Shown here: in pieces, positions 44,675 through 54,708 of the stretch
Layout of the letters: every line of letters starts with the position of its first letter
Position numbering within the stretch: the first letter of the stretch is position 1
Source of the DNA: Terriglobia bacterium
Lineage (GTDB): Bacteria; Acidobacteriota; Terriglobia; 20CM-2-55-15
Direction: 5' to 3'
Length of the DNA: 64,000 nt
NCBI GenBank assembly: GCA_965218585.1
Contig: CBDCLE010000004.1
Coordinates: 64,001 to 128,000 of the forward strand
Made by a program: the position numbers and the translations under genes
The notes under the pieces: model-generated
Databases searched by the model: none
What the model was told of the DNA's origin: nothing
The model's input: the letters and a program-made list of their open reading frames with translations, nothing else

Positions 44675-45488
44675 GAGCGTGTTAACACTAATGTAGTGCC
44701 TCGACGATGAGTGCGAAGTGAAGGAAAGCGAGGAACATGACGTCGAGTTTATCGAAACGGGAGAAGATACGCCGAAAATCCTTGAGTCGGCGGAAGAGCC
44801 TCTCGACTTCGTTCCTGCGGCGGTAGAGCACGCGGTCGTATTCCCACGGCTCCAGGCGGTTGCGCTTGGGCGGCACGACGGGAATCCACCCAAAATCCAG
44901 AGCCAATTGGCGGGTCTGGTCGTCCTGGTAGGCACGGTCCATCAGCAGCGGCAGTGGCGCGGGCAACGGCCCCAGGCCGGCGAGCAGATCGCGGCCCTGC
45001 GGGGCGTCGTGCGCTTGGCCGGGCGAGAGCGCAAACGTTATCGCCGTTCGAGCATTCGCGGCAACCAGATGAATCTTGGTGGTCCATCCACCGCGGGATT
45101 TGCCGATCGCTTGCGGACCGTTTTTTTTAACGCTCCCGTGCCGTCGGGATGCACCTTCACAATGGTCGAGTCCATCGAAACGGCTTCCACCCGGATGCGC
45201 ACCAGTTGCTCGCGCTGGAGTTTTTCGAAGACGGCGTCGAGCACCCCGTTCTTGGACCAGCGGTTCATCCGGGTGTAGATGGTGTGCCAGTTGCCAAAGC
45301 GCTTGGGCAGACCGCGCCACTTGCAGCCCTGCTCAGCCACATACAAAATGGCGTTCAAGACCGTCAGGTTCGAAAGACTGACGTTGCCCCGCCGACGCGG
45401 CAGTTCCGGCTCGATGCGACAATACTGCTCCTGTGTGATCTCCATGCCTGATTATAAAACATTCATGCTCATTAGTGTTAACACACCC
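44675..45488 (-). mobile_element. IS5-family (IS427-like) element, two ORFs (45445-45038 and through 44688) joined by a probable -1 frameshift
   Basis: IR G.G.GTGTTAACACTAAT; TA duplication in a CTAG target; A8 run at 45121-45128 (ALKK / KKNGPQAIG); GWTTKIH, MDRAY and RNEVERLF motifs. Confidence 0.92.
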
Positions 45489-45833
45489 TAGTGAAGGTCT
45501 ACCAGAATGAACCCGCAAGGCGAGGACGTTATGCCCCATCGAAGTTCGTCCGGGCGATCTCAACCACCATATCGGGCAATCCCGATCCCAAGCTCATCTG
45601 TACGTCCCACGTCGAACGATGCAATCTCACTATGCGCACCTTCATGCGGCGATTGACGCGCCTATGCCTCGGATTCTCGAAGAAGTTGGACAATCTGAAA
45701 GCCGCAGTCGCATTGCATTTCGCGTGGTACAACTTCTGCCGGGTTCACAGGAGCCTTCGGGTGACTCCTTGTATGGAGGCTGGGTTGGAGGATCATATCT
45801 GGACGATTGAGGAGCTAATCGCATGAGATACTA

Positions 45834-47072
45834 CTACTATGTTACAAACGGTCTATTTTATGTTAGCATCCGGTCATGAGCGCCAAATCGAAGGCGCCAG
45901 GCACTCAGGAAAAACGTTTTGCGGCCTATTTGGAACGCCTGGCGTCGGCCGCAGGACACGCCGATCGTCATGAACCGTTGAAGTCGTACTGCACCGGGTT
46001 GTTGCTGCCGATCAAACGTAAGAGTGTGGAGCCGATGGCTGCACGATTGGCTCCGGATAATGTACGCCGAATGCACCAGTCGCTACATCATCTGGTCGCG
46101 GATGCGCCCTGGGACGATGCGGCTCTGTTGGCAGAAGTTCGACAGTACGCGCTGGGGGCGATGGAAGCCAACGGTCCGATTGAAGCCTGGATTGTCGACG
46201 ACACCGGATTCGTGAAAAAGGGGACCCACTCGGTGGGTGTGGCCCGGCAATACTGTGGACAGGTCGGCAAACCTGAGAACTGCCGGGTGGCGGTGAGCCT
46301 GTCGGTGGCGACAGCGAAATCCAGCTTGCCGGTGGCATGGCGACTCTACCTCCCCGAGACCTGGGCGAAGGATCCGGAACGTCGAAGCAAAGCCGCTATT
46401 CCCGAAGACGTTCGATTTCAAACTAAACCTCAAATTGCTTTGGAACAAATCCGGCAGGCCGTCGATGACGGCATTGCTCCGGCACCGGTTCTGGGCGATA
46501 CGGCCTACGGCAACAACTACAAGTTCCGGCACGGCATCACCGAACTCGGACTTAGCTACGTCCTAGGGGTGCAAGGCACCACGACCGTGTGGAAACCGGG
46601 CCAGGGTCCCTTGCCGCCGAAATCCTTGACCGGCCGCGGACGGACACCGACCCGCATGCAGCGCAACAAGAAACATCAACCGGTTTCGGTCAAGCAACTG
46701 GCCCTCTCGTTGTCTCCCCAGCGTTGGAAGAACGTCTCCTGGCGCGAAGGCACCTCCGAGACCCTGCGTTCCCGTTTCGCCGCAGTTCGCATTCGTCCCG
46801 CTCATCTGGATCACGAGCGCCACTCGCCGCATCCGAAAGAGTGGTTGTTGGTCGCCGAGCGGAGCTGTTTTTCCCCCTCTGCATTTGTCGAGCATGTTGG
46901 ACTATCCGTCCCCAAACTCCCCAAACACTTCAAACCCCGCAGAACCCCGGATCCGGCCCGAACGACATAACCCCTGCTCGATTGCCACGCTTCGCATTCG
47001 CATCGCCCGCTTCCTGATTCAGCAGCTTCCTCATTGTCCGTTCTGTGGACCGCTTCGTTTATAACACAGTAG
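45834..47072 (+). mobile_element. IS701-family element
   Basis: IRs CTACTATGTTACAAACG / CGTTTATAACACAGTAG; TSD TACTA at 45829-45833 and 47073-47077. Confidence 0.9.
45876..46970 (+). pseudogene. IS701-family transposase with probable in-frame internal deletion
   Basis: IVDDTGFVKKG, QYCG and GDTAYG are present. EWLL runs straight into VAER, so the usual RWxIE catalytic segment is missing. Confidence 0.75.
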
Positions 47073-47173
47073 TACTACAAGGGCTACAGGAAAAAAATAT
47101 CAGAACAAAAGCACACGCTGATATGGATTGACCCTGTCAAGCTTCCGTTACGTTTCTCGAATGCGCCTCCTTC

Positions 47174-47375
47174 AATGTGCTGGATTCAGGGCGCGGCCGG
47201 CATGATTCGCGACGGTGGATCACTCTGATATTCGTGGGTTGGCTACCACCTGACATCACTTCGTCGCGGAGCTGCCTCGGTCTAAGGACGTGGGTCGGTC
47301 TGGCTGAGCCAAGCCTCTCATAGCGTGCACGAGGATTCTCCTCACCGGCCTGCCACGCCCTGAATCCAACACATT
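47174..47375 (-). ncRNA. Putative bridge/seekRNA
   Basis: A 24-bp closing stem (47174-47197 with 47352-47375) encloses segments matching the target and the donor junction. Confidence 0.7.
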
Positions 47376-47527
47376 ACGTTTTTTGGGTCCAGCCTTGCTC
47401 CGGAAGCGCATGATGGCATTGCGCCCGGGGAGGCGTCGGAGGAGTTTTCCACACCTTGTCCATGGCACCGCGTGCTTCGAATACACGGCGGAGCAGTGGC
47501 AAGGTGTGGAGAACTCCGGCCCATCTC

Positions 47528-48658
47528 TCAGCTCCGCGCCCGCGTTGCATGGGCTCGGCCCATCACCTCGCAAGCAATCGCCCAGATGAACCCCACCAGC
47601 TCGCGGGCCACCGCGGTGGTGACCACGCACTTCGCCTTGCCCGCGCTATACAGATGCCGGTACCGCGCACACAGCCGCTTCTGGGCTGCCCAGGCGATGG
47701 CCTGCACTGCTGGCGGCGCCGCACTCGCCTTGCATCTCAAGTGCCTGGTTTTGCGCGCAGGGAACCGGTAGCTCCAGGCCGATTCAACCAGCACGCGGCG
47801 CACGTGTCCATTGCCTGTTTTCGTGATGGCTCCTTGGCGCCGCCGCGGCCCCGAGGAGTGCTCGCTCGGCACCAGCCCCAGAAAGCTCATCAGCTCGCGC
47901 GGCGAATCAAAACGCGTCAGGTCCCCGAGTTCGGCCAGCACCGTCATGGCCGTGACCACATCCACCCCGCGCAACGCGATCAGCGCCTCGACCATCGGAC
48001 GCAGCGACCACCGCTCCAACACCTCGCGCATCTGCCCTTCCAGGCCCGCCACGCGGCGGCGCGCCTCCATCACCGTATCGACGTATTCCTGAAACACCAC
48101 CTGCTGTACCGGATGCTCGAACCGCTGCTCCTCCAGCCACCGAAAGTGCCGTTGCGTCCACCGGCTCTTGCCTTCCCGATACACTCGATCATGACGCAGC
48201 AGAAACACCCCCAGTCGCTGCCGAGCCTTGGCCTCGATCGCCTTCATGTCCTCGCGCGCCCGCGTCAGGTCGCGCATCGCCTCCTGCTCCTCGTCGGGCA
48301 CCCACACCGCCGTCAGCTCCCCCGACCGATGCAGCCGCGCCAGCTTCACCGCGTCGCGCCGATCCGTCTTCACTCGCTCCCCCGCGCGCCGCGGGATCAG
48401 GCTCGGCGCGACCACCTCGCAATAGTGGCCGGTGTCGATGATCTCTCGATACACCCCATACCCGCACGGTCCCGCCTCGTAGCAGAAGCTCAACACCTCT
48501 GCGTGCGGACTCAGGCTGCGAATGAGTCGCAGCAGCGATTTGCGTTGATTCTTGATCTCGCCCCGGTACACCGGCGCCTCACGTCCGGGCAGCGCTACCG
48601 CCACCGCGATCGTGTCCTTGTGAACGTCCAGTCCAACGTATGCACTACACTTGTTCAT
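47528..48658 (-). CDS. IS110-family recombinase
   Basis: YVGLDVHK, YEAGPCG, KTDRRDA, GLVPSEHSSG and ITKTGN motifs; ATG at 48658. Confidence 0.95.
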   Translation of the reverse strand: MNKCSAYVGLDVHKDTIAVAVALPGREAPVYRGEIKNQRKSLLRLIRSLSPHAEVLSFCYEAGPCGYGVYREIIDTGHYCEVVAPSLIPRRAGERVKTDRRDAVKLARLHRSGELTAVWVPDEEQEAMRDLTRAREDMKAIEAKARQRLGVFLLRHDRVYREGKSRWTQRHFRWLEEQRFEHPVQQVVFQEYVDTVMEARRRVAGLEGQMREVLERWSLRPMVEALIALRGVDVVTAMTVLAELGDLTRFDSPRELMSFLGLVPSEHSSGPRRRQGAITKTGNGHVRRVLVESAWSYRFPARKTRHLRCKASAAPPAVQAIAWAAQKRLCARYRHLYSAGKAKCVVTTAVARELVGFIWAIACEVMGRAHATRARS

Positions 48659-48901
48659 GACCTGCCCTCCTCGTTGTGGCTCTGTGTCGAAGGTTCCTCG
48701 CCCCGCAACATAACCCACGCGTACGAGGCCAGGGCAGGTCAATCCATGGTGTCTAATCCCGCACTACCGGGAGGCAAGAGTTGGCCGTCTTTCGGGGCCT
48801 CTCCGCGCATTTTCCTGGTAGGCGGTGCTGGCACGCCCGGCACCGTTCTTATGAAAGGACTTTCGTCGTTTGGTGGGACCCCTTATCTCCGCAGAAAGGA
48901 G

Positions 48902-49930
48902 TCACACAACGTGGATGCAGGCTTCGCTGTGCGGAAGAGCGCGGCCGATTTCAGCGACATCGATGCCCTCCCCAACAAGTGCATCGATCAGGCTGGAAGA
49001 ATCTGCTTCGTTTATGAAAATAAGCAAGCCACCGGAGGTCTGGGGATCGAATAGAACGCTCTGGTGGTCTTCCGGTATCTGGGGACTCCAGGTGACGTGG
49101 GGAGAAAAGAATTCGCGATTGCTGTTCAATCCGCCAGCGCGGTGCCCCTTGGCGCTGTAATCGAGAGCACCATCAAAGATCGGCAGGCGGGTGTGGTCGA
49201 CTTCGATGGTCAGATTGCTGGCGCGCGCCACTTCAACGGCATGGCCTGTCAAACCAAAACCACTGATATCGGTCATCGTGCGGACGTCGAACTGAGACAC
49301 GATTTCGGCTGCCCTCTTATTGGTTTCAATCATCGAACGGAGCGCGGCATCAACATGCGCTGCCTCCGCCTCTTCTCTCTTCGAGGCTGTCGCGATGAGT
49401 CCCGTCCCCAGGCGTTTGGTCAGCAACACGCTGTCGCCGGCGAGCGCTCCACTGTTATCTCGAATCCGTGTGGGATCCACAGTCCCCGTCACTGCATAGC
49501 CAAACTTTATCTCTTCGTCCTTAACCGAATGCCCTCCCAGCAGCGCCACACCGCACTCGTTGAGCTTGTCCAAACCCCCGTCAATGATGTCCCTCAGCAG
49601 GCTGGGATCCGCCTTGCCTTCCGGAAAACCTACGACCGAAAGCGCCGTCAGGGGCGTAGCGCCCATCGCGTATATGTCGCTCAACGCGTTTGCTGCGGCG
49701 ATCTGCCCGAAGGAGAAAGCGTCATCAACGATGGGTGCAAAGAAATCGACGGTTTGGACCAGGGCGATATCGTCGGTGAGGCGATACACTCCGGCGTCAT
49801 CGGCATGATCGAAGCCGACGAGGATTTCAGGAATTTGCTGGGCCTTGAGGCCTTTGAGCGCGCGGTCCAAGTCCCTTGGACTTAACTTACCTGCTCAGCC
49901 GGCACATTTCGCAAAACTAGTTAGCTTCAT
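48902..49930 (-). CDS. selD: Selenide, water dikinase, selenocysteine-containing
   Basis: MKLTSFAKCAG(TGA 49897-49895)AGKLSP; DDAGVY, QTVDFF, ANALSDIYAMG and DPQTSGGLL motifs. Confidence 0.95.
49865..49881 (-). promoter_or_regulatory. SECIS hairpin of selD
   Basis: Perfect GTCCAAG-GGA-CTTGGAC stem-loop beginning 14 nt after the TGA. Confidence 0.75.
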
Positions 49931-50327
49931 CCACTCCCTCGAACGCTGCCTGACTTGGGCCAGACTCTTCGCCATCCGGGTGATCTTCACTCATACGACT
50001 GCGGCCGTTGAGTGAACCGCCGTCTTCGATGACCAAGGCTGGCGTGCGGATATCGGCGGTGACGCGCCCCGTAGATCGGATCTCGATCCTCCGGGCGGCT
50101 TCGATGTTTCCAGAAACACGCCCATGGATTTCGACCTCACCGGCATGAATGTCGGCGTGAACGTCGGCGTGCTCACCAACGGTTAAAACATCATCGGTTG
50201 CAATGGAGCCGTGGAAATCGCCATCGATTCTGAGCGTTCCAGAAAACCGGAGTTCCCCGGTTACGGCAGTGCCGTGATCCAGAAAACCGGTGATCTCTTC
50301 AGAGGAAACCTTTCCCCGACGTCGCAT
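49917..50327 (-). CDS. Bactofilin (polymer-forming cytoskeletal protein)
   Basis: GELRFSGTLRIDGDFHGSI...LVIEDGGSLNG beta-helix repeats. Confidence 0.9.
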   Translation of the reverse strand: MRRRGKVSSEEITGFLDHGTAVTGELRFSGTLRIDGDFHGSIATDDVLTVGEHADVHADIHAGEVEIHGRVSGNIEAARRIEIRSTGRVTADIRTPALVIEDGGSLNGRSRMSEDHPDGEESGPSQAAFEGVDEAN

Positions 50328-50345
50328 GGAACCTCCCGGGCGCGG

Positions 50346-51203
50346 TCAGAAGCGCGCCTGAAGCAATCCATTGTAAAGCCTGTCGAGTTCATCTTTCGAA
50401 TGAAAGTGAATCTCGATCTTGCCCTTGTTGCCCGACTGTCGAATCGTCACCTTTGTCGCCAGAGCGCGCTCCAGCCCGCGGATAGCTGCCCGTACGTTCG
50501 GATCGATATCTGTACCCGTCTTTCCCTTCTCACGTTTCGGTCTGCCGGGACGGTTGACCAGGGCCTCGGCTTGCCGAACCGAATAGTTGCCACGGATCAT
50601 TTCCTGGGCCGCGGCCAGAATCTCTTCCGCATCCGTCAGTGAAAGCAGCGCTTTGGCGTGCCCGACCGTGAGTTTTCCGTCCTGCAGCCACAATTGCACT
50701 TCCCCGGGGAGCTTCAACAGTCGAAGCATGTTGGCTATCGTGGCGCGGCTCTTGCCCACACGCTCAGCTAACTCGTCCTGCTTCAGCCCGAACTCCGACA
50801 AGAGTCGTTGATAGGCCTGGGCTTCGTCGATCGGGTTGAGATCTTCCCGTTGAACGTTTTCGACCAGTGCCAATTCCAACGCCTGGTGCTGGTGGGTTTC
50901 ACGGACCAGAGCCGGCACCCGCGCCAGCCCCGCCTTCTGGGCTGCCCGCCATCGGCGCTCTCCGGCAACGATCTGAAAGACGCCGTCCTGGAGCGATCGC
51001 ACCACGATGGGCTGGACCACACCGTGGATCCGAATCGACGCAGCGAGATCATCTAAACCACTGACATTAAATGACTTACGTGGCTGATCAGCGTTCGGAA
51101 TAATCCTGTCGATATCTATTTCACGTAAGCGGTCCGACTCAAGATCGGGTGTGCCGAGCAGTGCGCTCAGCCCCCGGCCTAAAGCTTTTCTCTGCGCGGG
51201 CAT
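50346..51203 (-). CDS. parB: Chromosome partitioning protein ParB
   Basis: LGRGLSALL, QPRK, GERRWRA and ENVQREDL motifs; HTH. Confidence 0.97.
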   Translation of the reverse strand: MPAQRKALGRGLSALLGTPDLESDRLREIDIDRIIPNADQPRKSFNVSGLDDLAASIRIHGVVQPIVVRSLQDGVFQIVAGERRWRAAQKAGLARVPALVRETHQHQALELALVENVQREDLNPIDEAQAYQRLLSEFGLKQDELAERVGKSRATIANMLRLLKLPGEVQLWLQDGKLTVGHAKALLSLTDAEEILAAAQEMIRGNYSVRQAEALVNRPGRPKREKGKTGTDIDPNVRAAIRGLERALATKVTIRQSGNKGKIEIHFHSKDELDRLYNGLLQARF

Positions 51204-51954
51204 TGATGACCTCCTTGGCCAGCCGAATATAGCTCACCGCGCCCTTCGACTTAATATCATAGAGCAGGATGGGCTGGCCGTGGCTTGGGGCTTCGCCAAG
51301 CCGAACGTTCCTGGGTATTTTCGTCGAAAATAACTGAGGGCCAAAGAAAGATGCCAGGTCTGCATGAACTTGCTGCGCGAGGTTGGTTCTCTCATCGAAC
51401 ATGGTAACCAAGACCCCTTCGATTTCAAGGTCCGGATTCCTTTGACGACGGATCTGGCGGATCGTCTCGACGAGCTCGGAGATACCCTCCAGGGCAAAAT
51501 ACTCGCACTGGATGGGGATCAGAACGCTGTCGGCCGCCACGAGGGCGTTTACGGTCAACAGATCCATAGCCGGCGGGCAATCGATCAGAATGAAATCGTA
51601 ATCATCTGCGATAGGATGAAGCAAATCACGGAGTCGACGATCTCTGCCCTCTTCCTGGGCAAGTTCTAGCGTCAAACCGACCAACTCGCGGCCTGCAGGG
51701 GCCAGAAAAAGCGACTCAAGCTCGGTAGGCAGGAGAATGGACGAGATGGGCTCTCCGAACGCCAGCGAGTGATAGGTCGAGTTTTCATAAGCATCCCGCC
51801 GCACACCAAGTCCGGAGGTCGCGTTTCCCTGGGAATCCAGATCCACGAGGAGGGTCCGCATCTCGGCTGCGGCCAAAGACGCGGCCAGATTGATGGCGGT
51901 CGTTGTCTTGCCGACACCACCTTTCTGGTTCGAAATGGCGATGATTCGTCCCAT
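51175..51954 (-). CDS. parA: Chromosome partitioning ATPase ParA/Soj (ORF track extends to 51139, overlapping parB)
   Basis: NQKGGVGKTT, DCPP and IPRNVRLGEAPSHG motifs. The first in-frame stop is at 51139; the conserved domain ends near 51200. Confidence 0.9.
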
Positions 51955-51986
51955 ATGAGGCGGAATGTACCACAGGGCCGGAAAAG

Positions 51987-52002
51987 TGTTCCACGTGGAA
52001 CA
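51987..52002. promoter_or_regulatory. parS centromere site
   Basis: Perfect palindrome TGTTCCACGTGGAACA just upstream of parA. Confidence 0.93.
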
Positions 52003-52143
52003 CTACCCTTAGAGCCCCTTGACCTTGGCTTACTCTGGCCTCCGGAATCGGCTTTTCGACCCAAAAAACTCATCCTGAGTCTGTTGGAGATTCCGGAGTC
52101 TGTTTGAATCCTCTCTCCCAACAGACCCAGAAGAGGTCCGGAC

Positions 52144-52731
52144 TCAAAGCTCAAAAACAAGGGCGCGGCGGTCAGAAAAGGGTATTTCGAGATCATGGGT
52201 GGGCAGCTCCGGAGGTTCGGCTGTCTTGGTAAACCAAACCACATTAGTGGCTTCTGTCTTCTTGGGGCGCATTTTCTCCAGCAACCGGGCTGTCAGCCGC
52301 ACCCCCTGAAGCGTTACCCAATTTGCTGGTGTGATTTCGCTGGCGACATCTTCGAAGCGTCCCCGATGAACCGTAACTCTTTCGAGGCCGAGCTTACGCG
52401 CGGCTTGTCTCAAGAAGGCCGCACGGCGAGTCCGCGCCTCTACCAATTGCGTCGCGGCAAAATCGCCTCGAATATGCCAGGGGATGGCGGGGGAGCCGTT
52501 TCCCGACCCGATGTCCAGATAATATCCCCTTGGCGACAGCCGCTCTAACGCCCAAAGAGGCTCAATGACCAGGTGGCGAATCAGGGAAGGGCCCTTGAGG
52601 GCAGTGAGATTGATGGTTCGGTTCCATCGCTCGAGCTCGAAGATATAGCTCAGAAGCTGTTCGAGCTCCCCATCTCTCAAACGCAACTCGTACTCTTTCA
52701 GTTGAGCTTGGAGAATCGCAGCGTGAGACAC
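52144..52731 (-). CDS. rsmG: 16S rRNA m7G527 methyltransferase (GidB)
   Basis: WNRTINLTA and LDIGSGNGSP motifs; lies after mnmG. Confidence 0.88.
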   Translation of the reverse strand: MSHAAILQAQLKEYELRLRDGELEQLLSYIFELERWNRTINLTALKGPSLIRHLVIEPLWALERLSPRGYYLDIGSGNGSPAIPWHIRGDFAATQLVEARTRRAAFLRQAARKLGLERVTVHRGRFEDVASEITPANWVTLQGVRLTARLLEKMRPKKTEATNVVWFTKTAEPPELPTHDLEIPFSDRRALVFEL

Positions 52732-52766
52732 TAAGCACCGGCGTCAAAGCAATAACTCATTTATTA

Positions 52767-54653
52767 CTATATAGTTACGGCCGATTTGGGGATGGGTTTG
52801 CGGTTTCGCCCCAGCTCCAGATGGAGCAGGACGATGGAGAGCGCTGCAGGCGTGATTCCAGGGATTCGGCTTGCCTGGCCGATCGATTCAGGGCGGATCT
52901 GGGTGAGTTTTTCGGTGACTTCCGCTGAAAGGCCCGGCATAGCGGAATAATCGAGCTCTGCGGGCAGCGTCCGTTCTTCCGACTTCCGTAACCTTTCGAT
53001 CTGGCGTTCCTGCTGCTTGAGATAGCCTTCGTACTTGATCGCTGTCTCGACCGACACAACATCTTCCGGTCTCAGGCCGTCTGTTGACACGATCCCGGCC
53101 GCGGCAAGCGCTTCGAGCCGGATTTCCGGCCTTTTCAATAGGTCATGCAGCCGCGGTTTTTCCCGCAGCTCGATTCCTTGTTCTGCAAAGAACCGATGCG
53201 AAGGATCTATCCGAGTGTCCGCCACGGAAGCGCGTAGGCGGTCGATCCGGACGCGGCGGGCTTCAAAGAGTTCCCACTGGCTGTCGTCAACGAGTCCACA
53301 GGCCCGGCCCACCGGTGTTAGGCGCAGGTCTGCGTTGTCGATACGCAGCTTCAGCCGGAACTCCGCTCTCGACGTGAACATGCGGTACGGCTCGTTCGTT
53401 CCTTTCGTTACCAGGTCGTCGATCATGATGCCGATGTACGCGTCGGATCGGCCCAGCACGAGCGGGCGCTCACCCTGAACCTGTCGTGCCGCGTTGATTC
53501 CCGCCATGACCCCCTGTGCTGCGGCCTCTTCATAGCCGGTCGTGCCGTTAATCTGTCCGGCGAGGAAAAGGCCCGGATAGCGCTTGGTCTCCAACGAACG
53601 CTCCAACTCCGTTGGCTGGACAAAATCGTACTCGATCGCGTACCCAGGACGAATCATGGTAGCCGACCGGAGACCGTCCATCTCGGCGAGCATCTCCCGC
53701 TGAACCTCAATGGGGAGGCTCGTGGACAGCCCGTTCACATAGACCTCGTGGGTGTTCAGGCCTTCGGGTTCGAGAACGATCTGATGCTGGTTCCTGTCGG
53801 GAAACTTAACGACCTTGTCTTCGATCGATGGGCAGTAGCGGGGCCCCAGACCCTTTATCTGCCCGCTGTAAAGCGGCGATCGGTCCATGTTCTTCCGGAT
53901 GAGTTCGTGGATACGCTCGTCGGTTCGCGTGATGTAACAGGAGATCTTGTTCTGGAGAGGCTGCTCGGTCCGAAAAGAAAACGGCGTTGGGTTCGCGTCG
54001 CCCGGCTGTTTCTCGAAACGGTCGAAGTCGATCGTCCGGGCGTCCAGCCGAGGCGGTGTGCCGGTTTTGAGGCGGCCCCACTCGAATCCCATTGCCCGGA
54101 CGGAGTTGCCCAGAGCGCTGGACGCCGCTTCGCCATTGCGCCCTGCAGCAAACTGCTTCTCGCCGATATGGATCAGGCCGTTCAGGAAGGTTCCCGTCGT
54201 CAGTATTAGAGCCCCGGCTGCCACACGACGTCCATCCATCAATTCGATACCGGAAGCACGGGATCCTTCAAATAGAATCTCCGTCACTTCGGCCTGCTTG
54301 ATGTAAAGGTTCTCCTGCAGCTCGAGGACGTTCCGCATTTCCTGTCGGTAGGCGGCCTTGTCGGCCTGTGCTCGCGGTGACCAGACGGCCGGACCGCGAC
54401 TCGTATTCAACAGGCGGAACTGAATTCCAGCGCGATCTGCAACGACGCCCATGATGCCGCCAATCGCGTCTATTTCCCGCACAAGGTGACCCTTGGCAAC
54501 ACCTCCGACAGCAGGATTGCAGGACATCTGCGCAATCAGGTCGGCGTTCATCGTGTAGAGCGCGGTCTGAAGGCCCAGCTGCGCTGCAGCATGCGCCGCC
54601 TCACAACCGGCGTGTCCGGCACCAACCACTACAACTTCGTAACTTTCGTCCAT
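52767..54653 (-). CDS. mnmG: tRNA U34 modification enzyme GidA
   Basis: [29 protein letters not shown] and [12 protein letters not shown] motifs. Confidence 0.98.
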   Translation of the reverse strand: MDESYEVVVVGAGHAGCEAAHAAAQLGLQTALYTMNADLIAQMSCNPAVGGVAKGHLVREIDAIGGIMGVVADRAGIQFRLLNTSRGPAVWSPRAQADKAAYRQEMRNVLELQENLYIKQAEVTEILFEGSRASGIELMDGRRVAAGALILTTGTFLNGLIHIGEKQFAAGRNGEAASSALGNSVRAMGFEWGRLKTGTPPRLDARTIDFDRFEKQPGDANPTPFSFRTEQPLQNKISCYITRTDERIHELIRKNMDRSPLYSGQIKGLGPRYCPSIEDKVVKFPDRNQHQIVLEPEGLNTHEVYVNGLSTSLPIEVQREMLAEMDGLRSATMIRPGYAIEYDFVQPTELERSLETKRYPGLFLAGQINGTTGYEEAAAQGVMAGINAARQVQGERPLVLGRSDAYIGIMIDDLVTKGTNEPYRMFTSRAEFRLKLRIDNADLRLTPVGRACGLVDDSQWELFEARRVRIDRLRASVADTRIDPSHRFFAEQGIELREKPRLHDLLKRPEIRLEALAAAGIVSTDGLRPEDVVSVETAIKYEGYLKQQERQIERLRKSEERTLPAELDYSAMPGLSAEVTEKLTQIRPESIGQASRIPGITPAALSIVLLHLELGRNRKPIPKSAVTI

Positions 54654-54708
54654 TATTTAGCGTCGGGCCCACCGGACCTGTGTCTGGCGCCGACCCTCCC
54701 GCTCGTCA

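Larger units (their letters stand above)
41652..45826 (+). pseudogene. IS1-family transposase (Zn ribbon + HTH + DDE) interrupted by three IS
   Basis: Segments 41652-41956, 43001-43082, 44456-44674 and 45491-45826 join in frame to 942 nt (313 aa). Motifs CxxC..CxxC, QCDEIWTFV, STDG, TSHVER and FSKK. Confidence 0.92.
47120..48754 (-). mobile_element. IS110-family, IS1111-subgroup element inserted in the transposon's right IR
   Basis: Subterminal IR ATGGATTGACC (47123-47133) / GGTCAATCCAT (48737-48747); core CT at 47118-47119 and 48753-48754. Confidence 0.92.
39803..48768 (+). mobile_element. IS1-family transposon with passenger genes, carrying five nested IS
   Basis: Left IR GGTAGTGCGGGATTAGCGTGTGCT. 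The right IR is its perfect complement, split by IS110 (47110-47119 + 48755-48768). 8-bp TSD GGGAGGCA at 39795-39802 and 48769-48776. Confidence 0.93.

Noticed and set aside
47456-49054. 532-aa plus-strand ORF
   Set aside because: It is the antisense shadow of the IS110 transposase, crossing the element boundary into selD.
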